A stretch of 32,000 nt of DNA from Parcubacteria group bacterium (GTDB lineage: Bacteria; Patescibacteriota; Minisyncoccia; Portnoybacterales; UBA2143), in assembly GCA_002685955.1 (NCBI GenBank), contig NYYU01000028.1, forward strand, positions 9,740 to 41,739. Direction: 5' to 3'. Positions 7,115 to 14,942 of the stretch are shown piece after piece. The first letter of the stretch is position 1; the number at the start of each line of letters is the position of its first letter. The notes under the pieces are model-generated. The model had not been told where the DNA came from. It did not search any database and saw only the letters and a list, made by a program, of their open reading frames with translations. Made by a program: the position numbers and the translations under genes.

Positions 7115-8121
7115 AATTTTTTGCCGATAAATTGAGTCAATTCAGCCAAACGACAGGCATAAGCCCATTCATTATCATACCAAGCTAAAACTTTAACCAA
7201 GTTCTTGTTTTGAACCATAGTAGAAGTTAAATCAATAATAGCTGAAAAAGGGTTGTTACGATAATCAACCGAAACTAAACAGGCCTCTTCTACGTCCAAA
7301 ATCCCCTTTAATCTTCCTTTATTAGCTATTTCCTTAAAAACTTTATTAACTCCTTCTACATCAGTATCTTTTTTAACCTTAGTTACAAAATCTACAATTG
7401 AAACAATGGAGGTTGGTACCCGGATAGCCAAGCCGCTAATCTTCCCTTTAAGCTGAGGCAGAGTTTTTATGACCGCCACTGTAGCGCCGGTAGTTGTTGG
7501 CACCATAGATAAAGCGGCCGCCCGAGCCCGACGTAAGTCACGATGAGGCGCATCAAGCAAACGCTGGCCATTAGTATAACTATGAATCGTAGTCATTAAA
7601 CCAGATTCTATCTCAAATTGGTCATCTAAAATCTTAACCACCGGGGCTAAACAATTGGTTGTACAAGAAGCCATGGAAACCACCTTGTCTTTGGCTGAAT
7701 CATACTTATCCTCATTAACTCCCATAACTAAATGAGACACATCTTCGCTTTTAGAAGGAGCCGAAATAATCACTTTTTTAGCTCCAGCTTCCAGATGTTT
7801 TTGAGCGTCTTCCAGCTTAGCAAAACAGCCGGTACACTCTAAAACAATATCAATGCTCAATTTTTGCCAAGGAAGATTAGCTGGATCTTTTTCAGCCATA
7901 CATTTAAATTCTTGACCTTCAACCTTTAAACACTGATCGTTATGGCTAACCGATTTAGCATAAATTCCATAATTAGAATCGTATTTTAAAAGATGAGCCA
8001 ATGTCCTATTATCAGTCAAATCATTAATTGCCCCTATTTCTAAATCAGGATGTTTTTCTAAAATTCTTCGAAAAACAGACCGACCGATTCGACCAAAACC
8101 ATTAATAGCAATTTTAGTCAT
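7111..8121 (-). CDS. gap: type I glyceraldehyde-3-phosphate dehydrogenase
   Basis: 336 aa. INGFGRIGR NAD-binding start and active-site SCTTNCLAP. Confidence 0.95.
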   Translation of the reverse strand: MTKIAINGFGRIGRSVFRRILEKHPDLEIGAINDLTDNRTLAHLLKYDSNYGIYAKSVSHNDQCLKVEGQEFKCMAEKDPANLPWQKLSIDIVLECTGCFAKLEDAQKHLEAGAKKVIISAPSKSEDVSHLVMGVNEDKYDSAKDKVVSMASCTTNCLAPVVKILDDQFEIESGLMTTIHSYTNGQRLLDAPHRDLRRARAAALSMVPTTTGATVAVIKTLPQLKGKISGLAIRVPTSIVSIVDFVTKVKKDTDVEGVNKVFKEIANKGRLKGILDVEEACLVSVDYRNNPFSAIIDLTSTMVQNKNLVKVLAWYDNEWAYACRLAELTQFIGKKL

Positions 8122-8126
8122 GTATT

Positions 8127-8387
8127 TTACTCCTTAATTTCTAAAGCTTTATTAATTTTTTCTTTATCAAAACCAATAATGATTTCGCCATCTATTTCTG
8201 TAACCGGCACGCCCTGCTGGCCTGATTTTTTAATCATTTCTTCTGCCGCGGCCTGATTCTCACCCACATCTATTTTCTCATAATTAATCCCCTGATCGTC
8301 TAAATAGGCCTTAAGTGAAATACAGTAAGGACAGGCCTTGGTGCTAAATACTCGAACTTGAGACTGTTCTTTGTTTTGTTCTGTCAT
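8127..8387 (-). CDS. glutaredoxin-like / NrdH-like small redoxin
   Basis: 86 aa. CPYC active site at residues 19-22 in a thioredoxin-fold-length protein. ATGA overlap with the trxB-like stop. Confidence 0.8.
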   Translation of the reverse strand: MTEQNKEQSQVRVFSTKACPYCISLKAYLDDQGINYEKIDVGENQAAAEEMIKKSGQQGVPVTEIDGEIIIGFDKEKINKALEIKE

Positions 8388-9295
8388 AAATTTTTTAAAT
8401 AATCATAAACATTCAAAGCTGCTTTAGCTCCTTCGCCGGCCGCAATGATAATTTGCTTATGAGAAATATTACTAACATCTCCAGCTGCAAAAATGCGCTG
8501 ATCAGATGTTTTATTCTTACTATCAATTTTAATTTCCTCACCTTTATTTAATTCTACCATATTTTTAACAAAAGATGAATTAGCTAATGAACCGGTGGCT
8601 AAAAACACTCCCTGAATAACCAATTCCTTATTATTGCCCGGATTCCTGTATTGATAAACTAATCCGGTAACAAAGTGCTCTCCTTTAATTTCCAAGGTCT
8701 TAACATTAGTCATAATCTTAATTTTAGAAACCTGTTTAATCTTTTCCTGTAAAAATCCATCTGCTTTTAGTTCCGACATGTATTCTAAGATATATACTTT
8801 AGAAGCGTATTCAGCTAATTCCAAAGCGGTCGTTAACCCAGCATTGCCACCACCAATAATAGCTACTTGTTTATCTCTAAAAAGCGGCCCATCACAAGTG
8901 GCGCAAACACTAACTCCCTTGCCAATAAATTTATCCTCACCTTTAATCCCTAATTTTTTAGGCCTTCGTCCTGTAGCAACTATGATAGATTTTGTCTGGT
9001 AAGACCCTTTATCTGTAATCACTTCTAATTCTGACTTACTAATTTCTTTAACTTCCTTAACCGCCTCCTCTTGTTTTATCTCTAACTCATTTTTCTTTAA
9101 ATCTTCAACAAATTTATTCATCAAATCAAACCCGCTCATTTCTTTAATACCCGGGTAATTCTCTATTAAAGCAGCCTTGCTCATTTGTCCCGCCCAATCC
9201 TTAGTGATTAAAAGAACTTTTAATTTCTTACGAGCGGCATAAATGCCGGCGCTAACCGCAGCTGGTCCTCCCCCAATAATAATTAAATCGTACAT
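8384..9295 (-). CDS. trxB: low-Mr thioredoxin-reductase-like flavoprotein (non-canonical pyridine-nucleotide site)
   Basis: 303 aa. FAD GGGPAA, redox CATC (131-134), second dinucleotide fold GGGNAG. The HRRxxxR of NADPH-type TrxR is replaced by EYMSELK (nt 8765..8785). Confidence 0.8.
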   Translation of the reverse strand: MYDLIIIGGGPAAVSAGIYAARKKLKVLLITKDWAGQMSKAALIENYPGIKEMSGFDLMNKFVEDLKKNELEIKQEEAVKEVKEISKSELEVITDKGSYQTKSIIVATGRRPKKLGIKGEDKFIGKGVSVCATCDGPLFRDKQVAIIGGGNAGLTTALELAEYASKVYILEYMSELKADGFLQEKIKQVSKIKIMTNVKTLEIKGEHFVTGLVYQYRNPGNNKELVIQGVFLATGSLANSSFVKNMVELNKGEEIKIDSKNKTSDQRIFAAGDVSNISHKQIIIAAGEGAKAALNVYDYLKNL

Positions 9296-9302
9296 GATAT
9301 TT

Positions 9303-10067
9303 TTAGCTAAAATTAGCCAGTTGGATATTTTCTTGTGTATATTTCTTAAGATAAGCTACCTGCAGATTATCTAAAATCTCACAAGCAAAATTCCAGTGAA
9401 AAGAGACCCATTGACCAACTTGAGGATCATTAATAAACCCCTGATCATCTATTTGATATGAAATTTTGTGAGATACTTCTGATCCTAATTGTAATTGATC
9501 ATCCTTAAATATTAAAGGGCAATAAGATACTTCTAAATTTGATTGATTAACTTTTTCAATCTGGCCCCAGCTAATCCGACATAAATCCATACTGCTCAAA
9601 GCATACGCTAAATCAGCATCATTAAATTTTTTCCAAATACTCAAAACATGAAAACTATGATGAGGCTTAGCTCCCAAAGGAATCTTATCGGTAATTTGCC
9701 TAAAAAGCTTTAGATTGAATTTCTTTTTTAAGCGTAATCCGTCAACTAAATGATTATACAAGCCGGGCCGTTTAATATTTTCTAGAAAATAGCTGCCAAT
9801 CCAATAGGCCTCAACCACTTTTTCATCAAAAGGATCTCTAATCTGATTAGATTGAGCAATGAATTTAAGATATGGATACAAAGTCTGAAATTTCTCTAAA
9901 ATTAAATTAAGACCCTGATCAGTCTCTTGATTTTGGCAATAAGCAAAAAGATCTCTGTTTTTATCCGGTCCGCAGAAACTCAGCTTATTAGGCATAAAAG
10001 CATAACGAGCGCATTTAACCAGGCCTGAATTATCAAAGGCTGAAAATTGATTTTTTCTTAAAATCAT
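9303..10067 (-). CDS. conserved-looking hypothetical protein, 254 aa, Cys-containing N-terminus and HypC-like C-terminal motif
   Basis: ATG 10067 overlaps the EamA 3' end by 35 nt. N-terminal VKCARYAFMPNKLSFCGPD; C-terminal VGQWVSFHWNFACEIL. No family assigned. Confidence 0.6.
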   Translation of the reverse strand: MILRKNQFSAFDNSGLVKCARYAFMPNKLSFCGPDKNRDLFAYCQNQETDQGLNLILEKFQTLYPYLKFIAQSNQIRDPFDEKVVEAYWIGSYFLENIKRPGLYNHLVDGLRLKKKFNLKLFRQITDKIPLGAKPHHSFHVLSIWKKFNDADLAYALSSMDLCRISWGQIEKVNQSNLEVSYCPLIFKDDQLQLGSEVSHKISYQIDDQGFINDPQVGQWVSFHWNFACEILDNLQVAYLKKYTQENIQLANFS

Positions 10068-10947
10068 ATTTAGATAACCTTAAAGAATATAAGCAAATTA
10101 ATCCTACGGCTAAAATGATTAAACTCAGACCAACCGCCTGGCTGAAAACTAGACTGCCATTTAAAAACAAAACTGTTAAAAGAGTGGTAATCGGCGTGGA
10201 TAACAAAAGAATTACTGCGGCTACAGAAACCTTAACATATTTTAGACCAAGATACCAAGTTGTAACATAGCCAAAAAGAAAAACAGTCGTAATCATTACC
10301 CAGCCAAGCTGTGCTAGATTTAACGAACCAGCCAAATGAGCCTGGCCAGTCATTAACCAGAATAAAATAATGAAAAAAGAACCAAAACCCATCCGTCCCC
10401 AAATAACGATCCGGGCTGGTAAGGATTTTAATAAATATTTACTTAAAACATTCTCTGAAGCCCAGAGCAAAGTAGCGGATAAGATTAATAAATCGCCTAA
10501 ACCAAACTGGTGAGGCAGTATTTTTAATAATAGAATATTACCTAGTAATAAGAGGAGGCCAGCCATTAAAAATCCTCTGGTAATTTTTTCTTTCAAAAAA
10601 ATAGCTGCTAACACAGCTATAAAAATGAACATGGTCTTATGAATAAAAGCGGCCTGGACTCCACTGGTTAAAGTTAATCCTTTGAAAAAAAGAAGAAAAG
10701 GAATGGAACCGCCAATCAAGCCAACTCCGATCAACAACAACCATTGATTTTTCTTAAGCTTTTTTAAAATCTGCCAATCTTTCATCATCAACAACCAGCC
10801 AACAATTAACAAAGCAACAATAATATTTTTTAATCCGGTAAAAATATATGGATTGATGACTCCAACGCCAAATTTATTAATAAAAATAGAAAAACCTGAG
10901 ATGAAAGCAGTTGATAAAATTAATAACAAACCTTTGTTTTTATTCAT
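10033..10947 (-). CDS. EamA/DMT-family membrane transporter
   Basis: ORF 10033..11055 trimmed to ATG 10947 (MNKNKGLLLILSTAFISG...); the longer form would overlap hypC on the other strand. About 10 hydrophobic segments in two EamA-like halves. Confidence 0.75.
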   Translation of the reverse strand: MNKNKGLLLILSTAFISGFSIFINKFGVGVINPYIFTGLKNIIVALLIVGWLLMMKDWQILKKLKKNQWLLLIGVGLIGGSIPFLLFFKGLTLTSGVQAAFIHKTMFIFIAVLAAIFLKEKITRGFLMAGLLLLLGNILLLKILPHQFGLGDLLILSATLLWASENVLSKYLLKSLPARIVIWGRMGFGSFFIILFWLMTGQAHLAGSLNLAQLGWVMITTVFLFGYVTTWYLGLKYVKVSVAAVILLLSTPITTLLTVLFLNGSLVFSQAVGLSLIILAVGLICLYSLRLSKYDFKKKSIFSL

Positions 10948-10961
10948 AGATGTAATATAAT
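10934..10961 (+). promoter_or_regulatory. possible hypC promoter (TATAAT -10 close to the start codon)
   Basis: TATAAT at 10956..10961 with a weak -35 TTGTTT at 10934..10939 (16-nt spacer). The hypC ATG at 10970 is 8 nt downstream, and no SD is present. Confidence 0.3.
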
Positions 10962-10969
10962 AGATGTAT

Positions 10970-11206
10970 ATGTGCCTAGCAACTCCAAGTAAGGTAGTCA
11001 AAATTGAAAATGATTGGGCAGTTGTAGAATCCCTGCCTACCGGCAAGGCAGGCAATAATCATCAACATCGGGTCAATTTGGCCTTACTTAAAGATGTTAA
11101 AATCGGCGATTATTTATTAATCCACGACCAATTAGCTATTAACAAGGTGGCGGAAAATGAAGCAAAACAAATCCTCAAGCTAATTGAGGACCATCGCAAA
11201 CATTAA
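10970..11206 (+). CDS. hypC: hydrogenase maturation chaperone HypC/HupF family
   Basis: ORF 10964..11206. Start set to ATG 10970 so the protein begins MCLATPSKVVKIE (the essential N-terminal Cys of HypC). Has the C-terminal IGDYLLIHDQLAI motif. Only plus-strand gene in the window. Confidence 0.85.
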   Translation: MCLATPSKVVKIENDWAVVESLPTGKAGNNHQHRVNLALLKDVKIGDYLLIHDQLAINKVAENEAKQILKLIEDHRKH

Positions 11207-12408
11207 TGAACTGAACAAGTAATACAAGGGTCATAAGCCCTAACTAACATTGTTAAGAGCCGTTCCAATTCCTTTTGAGAACGGTTTTTTGTTTGGTTTA
11301 ACAAAGCTTGAGCGCTTTTTTCAATTGAAGTTAAATTCTGGACAGTGGGCGTAATAATATTAGCTTGTTTAATAATCCCCTTTTCGTCCAAATGAACTTC
11401 GTGGTAAAGACCGCCCCGGGGCGCTTCAATCGCGCCTATCCCCTCTAAAGACGGATTAGAACCTGGTTTAACTACTTTAACATCAAGCTCACTCTCTAAT
11501 AACTGCTCAATAATCTTTTGAGCTTTTTGGTGACAACCTAATATTTCAATTGCCTGGGCCAAGTTATTATGAAAAGGATTAGCAAAATCTAATTTATACT
11601 TTTTATCATAATCCCCATAAACAGCCAAACGAGCCAAAGGACCAACCAGCATCTCCTGCCCCTTATACCGGCCAAATTTAGCCGTAGAATAACTTTTAAT
11701 TTCTTCGCTAATATCTTGCTTGTAATTCCTAATTGATGATTCTTTTCTTCCTTTAATATTATTTGAAGAAACAGCCACAATGGAATCACCTTCTTGAACC
11801 ACTAATTGCAAATCAACCTTTAATTCCGGATAATCTAATCCGGCCGCCAAATCAAGTGTTTTTTGGGCGGCTGATTCTGATTTATTTAATTTATCTAATA
11901 ACTTTTTTAAAACCTTTTTACTGGGAACCTTATGAAATCCACCAATAGTTGAAGTAGTTGGATGGACATTGCGGCCAGCCACGATTTGAACAATCTCATC
12001 AGAAACTTCTTTTAGAGCCAAGGCGTTTTTAAATGCTGCTGGGTTTTTCTGAGCCAGTTCTGTGCCTCGATCAATGCCTAAATAATCCGGTAAAGATAAA
12101 AAGAAAAGATGTAAAGCATGACTCTGGATTGCCTGACCGGCTTGCATTAACTCGCGCAATAATACAGTAGTCTGATTTACTCTGATGTCTAAAGCTGCCT
12201 CTACGGCAGCCAAGGAAGTTAAATTATGAGCCGTAGGACAAACGCCGCAAATACGCGGAGTAATCCAATGCATTTCTTCAGCCGTCCGGCCAACTAACAA
12301 TCCCTCAAAAAGCCGCTCACCTTCAAAAACGTTGAGTTCAACCTCATTTTTTCCCCAATCAATATTCAAGCTCCCATGCCCTTCAATTTTAGCAATAAAT
12401 TCATTCAT
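11203..12408 (-). CDS. hydA: [NiFe] hydrogenase large (alpha) subunit, group 3b-like
   Basis: ORF 11203..12420 (TTG). ATG 12408 is preferred (MNEFIAKIEGHGSL...), 1 nt after the delta stop. N-terminal RICGVCPTAH and C-terminal DPCITCSVH nickel-ligand motifs. The protein ends at that His. Confidence 0.9.
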   Translation of the reverse strand: MNEFIAKIEGHGSLNIDWGKNEVELNVFEGERLFEGLLVGRTAEEMHWITPRICGVCPTAHNLTSLAAVEAALDIRVNQTTVLLRELMQAGQAIQSHALHLFFLSLPDYLGIDRGTELAQKNPAAFKNALALKEVSDEIVQIVAGRNVHPTTSTIGGFHKVPSKKVLKKLLDKLNKSESAAQKTLDLAAGLDYPELKVDLQLVVQEGDSIVAVSSNNIKGRKESSIRNYKQDISEEIKSYSTAKFGRYKGQEMLVGPLARLAVYGDYDKKYKLDFANPFHNNLAQAIEILGCHQKAQKIIEQLLESELDVKVVKPGSNPSLEGIGAIEAPRGGLYHEVHLDEKGIIKQANIITPTVQNLTSIEKSAQALLNQTKNRSQKELERLLTMLVRAYDPCITCSVH

Positions 12409-12409
12409 C

Positions 12410-13141
12410 TTATTTATCAAAAGCTCGACTTAAAAACATGGTGAAATATCTCTCAATTTCTTTTTTGTCAGTTAACCCTTGCAAAACTTCTACCAAGCCT
12501 TTAACATTTGCTTCTTGCCTTAAACCAAAACAGCCATAACAAGGCGAACCGCCTTTAATACAAATTGACCCACACCCGCCTTGAGTAATTGGCCCTAAAC
12601 AAGGCTGGCCATTAATAATCCGACAAGGATTATTAGCTTGCTTGCATTCAAAACAAACTGAATAACCGCGATAAGCTGGTGTTTTACCAGCTAATAACTC
12701 TTGAAAAATCCTAATTAATTCATTCTCATCAATCGGACAGCCATGAATTAAAAAGTCAACTTTAACATAGGCGCTTAAAGGCAGGGCATCAATCCCCCTC
12801 GGCTTATACTCCTCCCCATAAATCTTCTTATACCATTTAGCCCGCTCTTTTTTATCTAAAATAGCTGGAATACCGCCCAAAGTGGCGCAAGCCCCTAAAG
12901 CAATTAAAACTTTTGAATCCTGCCGCAGTTTCTTTAATAAATCTACTTCATGCTGAGTAATAGGCGTCCCCTCAATAATAGTAAGATCAAAAGGGCCGGG
13001 CTTATTATCCTCTTGGCCCAAACGCCAGTTAACAATATCAATCCTTTTTTCCAAGATTAAAAGCTTCTCTCTAATAGAAACGAGTTTTACTTCACACCCC
13101 TCACAATCAGTGAAGTCATAAATAGCTACTTTTGGTACCAT
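12410..13141 (-). CDS. hydD: [NiFe] hydrogenase small (delta) subunit, group 3b-like
   Basis: ORF 12410..13171 (TTG, reads into a repeat fragment) trimmed to ATG 13141 (MVPKVAIYDFTDCEGCEV...). Cys clusters for FeS binding: GACATLGG, CPIDENE, CxxCxxxNPC. Confidence 0.85.
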   Translation of the reverse strand: MVPKVAIYDFTDCEGCEVKLVSIREKLLILEKRIDIVNWRLGQEDNKPGPFDLTIIEGTPITQHEVDLLKKLRQDSKVLIALGACATLGGIPAILDKKERAKWYKKIYGEEYKPRGIDALPLSAYVKVDFLIHGCPIDENELIRIFQELLAGKTPAYRGYSVCFECKQANNPCRIINGQPCLGPITQGGCGSICIKGGSPCYGCFGLRQEANVKGLVEVLQGLTDKKEIERYFTMFLSRAFDK

Positions 13142-13157
13142 AAATTTATAAATTTTA

Positions 13158-13197
13158 GAGCGGAGCGACAAAAATTTAGTTTTCGGAACGCAAAATT
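13158..13197 (+). repeat. truncated copy (right arm only) of the long-hairpin repeat
   Basis: gagcggagcgacaaaaatttagttttcggaacgcaaaatt aligns with the right arms of the full copies (for example cagaaaatttagttttcggagtac in copy 2 and cttgttttcggaacgcgaaaat in copy 1). No matching left arm. Confidence 0.6.
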
Positions 13198-13205
13198 AAT
13201 ATATT

Positions 13206-14027
13206 CTAGCCCCAACTTTTATCTATTTGATCATAATAAAAGACCGGGCCATCTTGGCAAACATACTTATCACCCACCACACAATGCTGGCACTTGCCAA
13301 TACCGCACTGCATCTTTCTCTCCATGCTAACAAAAATACGACGGTCAGAGATGCCTAAAGGCCTTAAAATCTTTTCCAAGGCGTCTATCATCGGACCAGG
13401 CCCGCACATGGCGGCCACCGCATCAAGTGAATCAATTTTAATTTCATCAACTAATTCAGAAACCATGCCCACATAACCTGACCAATCCTTGGCTGGCTTA
13501 TCAACCGTCAAGAGAACTTTAATTTTATCTTCCCATTGTTTTAGCTTATCTTTGATTAAAAGATCAGCCGGCGTCCGAGCGCCATAGATTAAATAAACCC
13601 GGCCGAATCTATCTCGATGAGCATTGATATATTCTATCAAGGCAGCAATAGGCGGGATGCCGCAACCCCCGGTAACCATAACTAAATCCTTGCCACTAAT
13701 AAAATCAACTGGAAAGCCATTACCATAAGGGCCTCGCATAAAAATTTCATCGCCTGCTTTTAATTGGTGCAAAGCGCTGGTCAAGATACCTGTTTTTCTG
13801 ATTATTAAATCAATGTATGAGTCCTGATAAGGCGAAGAAGCTATGCCAAAAGGCGCTTCGCCGTAACCAAAATGGCTGGCCAAAACAAACTGACCGGGCA
13901 TAAAAACTGTCCCATCTTTGTTCTTGCTAAAATCACCGACCAAGCGAAAAAGCTTGACATCCCTAGAATGTTTTTCTATCTTATCAATCTTTATTTTAAA
14001 TGGCTGATAAATGTTTTTTGTAGTCAT
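13206..14027 (-). CDS. hydG: hydrogenase gamma subunit (FAD/NAD(P)-binding, [2Fe-2S]; PyrK/sulfide dehydrogenase-like)
   Basis: ORF 13206..14033 (TTG). ATG 14027 is preceded by AAGGAG at 7 nt spacing. FNR-like fold motifs PGQF and TGGCGIPP. C-terminal CGIGKCQHCVVGDKYVCQDGPVF cluster. Confidence 0.85.
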   Translation of the reverse strand: MTTKNIYQPFKIKIDKIEKHSRDVKLFRLVGDFSKNKDGTVFMPGQFVLASHFGYGEAPFGIASSPYQDSYIDLIIRKTGILTSALHQLKAGDEIFMRGPYGNGFPVDFISGKDLVMVTGGCGIPPIAALIEYINAHRDRFGRVYLIYGARTPADLLIKDKLKQWEDKIKVLLTVDKPAKDWSGYVGMVSELVDEIKIDSLDAVAAMCGPGPMIDALEKILRPLGISDRRIFVSMERKMQCGIGKCQHCVVGDKYVCQDGPVFYYDQIDKSWG

Positions 14028-14919
14028 CAACAATCTCCTTTAAAACTTCGCTAATCTTAATGCCGGCGGGACAATTCTCCCGACATCGGCCACAAGCAAC
14101 GCATTGTGATTTACCGTATTCATGATAAGCCCGAACAAACTTATGGTAAAACCAGTTATAGTACCTTTGTTTAATTGTTTTATGAAAATTATGCCCGCCT
14201 GCAACTTTAGAAAATTCCGGCAAAGTGCAAGCATCCCATTGCCGACAGCGACTGCATTCCTTATTATCCAAACTAACCTGATCTTCAATAGAAAAACAAT
14301 GGCATAAGGGACAAACATAAGTGCAAATTCCGCAACCTAAACATTGCTCACCTAATTTATCCCAAATCTTATGATTCAAAGACCATTTAACCGCCTCAGC
14401 CAACAATTCTGAATCAAGTAACATTCTTTTAAAAGGATTATCTGGCTGGGGATAATTTTTTATGCTTGGTTTATCTTTTTTATCAAAAAATTCATCTTTG
14501 ATGATCGCCTTGCCCTTATCAGTTAAAATTAAGGCCCGGTATTGCTGGTCAGTTATCTTTTCCAAAATAACATCTCCGCCCGGCGCTACCTCAATAGATT
14601 CATCAACTAGGCCGATAATAAGTGACTTATTTCTCTTCTGCCAATAAAAAAAATCTGAATAAGGTTTTTCCATAATTTCATCCAATTGAGTCATGGCTTC
14701 TAAATCAGCTAAACCAAGGCCAAAAACCAAAAATTCCTTTTTATACTCTGGACAAGAAAGCTTTTTGGTTTTCTTGTTAAAAACAAAAGTTTTTTGCTTA
14801 GGCGGCAAAAAATACTGTTTAGCCGGCAAGGCTTTCCCCCTAATATCAATTACCTTAAAATCTTTTTTCAAATCATCCAACCACTTGTCTATTTTCTTTT
14901 TTTCTATAACAAATTCCAT
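13996..14919 (-). CDS. hydB: hydrogenase beta subunit (2x[4Fe-4S]; AsrA-like)
   Basis: 307 aa. CLGCGICTYVCPLCHC and CVACGRCRENCP ferredoxin-type motifs. First gene of the operon; overlaps hydG by 32 nt. Confidence 0.85.
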   Translation of the reverse strand: MEFVIEKKKIDKWLDDLKKDFKVIDIRGKALPAKQYFLPPKQKTFVFNKKTKKLSCPEYKKEFLVFGLGLADLEAMTQLDEIMEKPYSDFFYWQKRNKSLIIGLVDESIEVAPGGDVILEKITDQQYRALILTDKGKAIIKDEFFDKKDKPSIKNYPQPDNPFKRMLLDSELLAEAVKWSLNHKIWDKLGEQCLGCGICTYVCPLCHCFSIEDQVSLDNKECSRCRQWDACTLPEFSKVAGGHNFHKTIKQRYYNWFYHKFVRAYHEYGKSQCVACGRCRENCPAGIKISEVLKEIVDDYKKHLSAI

Positions 14920-14926
14920 TAGATAT

Positions 14927-14935
14927 ATGATAACA
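14927..14935 (-). promoter_or_regulatory. extended -10 element (TGTTATCAT) 7 nt upstream of hydB ATG
   Basis: Minus strand reads TGtTATCAT (14935..14927), then atatcta, then ATG (14919). No SD and no convincing -35. Confidence 0.3.
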
Positions 14936-14942
14936 TAAATTT

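Noticed and set aside
11589-11789. 66-aa minus-strand ORF nested out of frame in the hydrogenase large-subunit gene
   Set aside because: It is fully contained in hydA in another frame, with no independent signals or motifs.
14040-14318. 92-aa minus-strand ORF nested out of frame in hydB
   Set aside because: It is fully contained in the 4Fe-4S subunit gene in another frame and has no supporting features.
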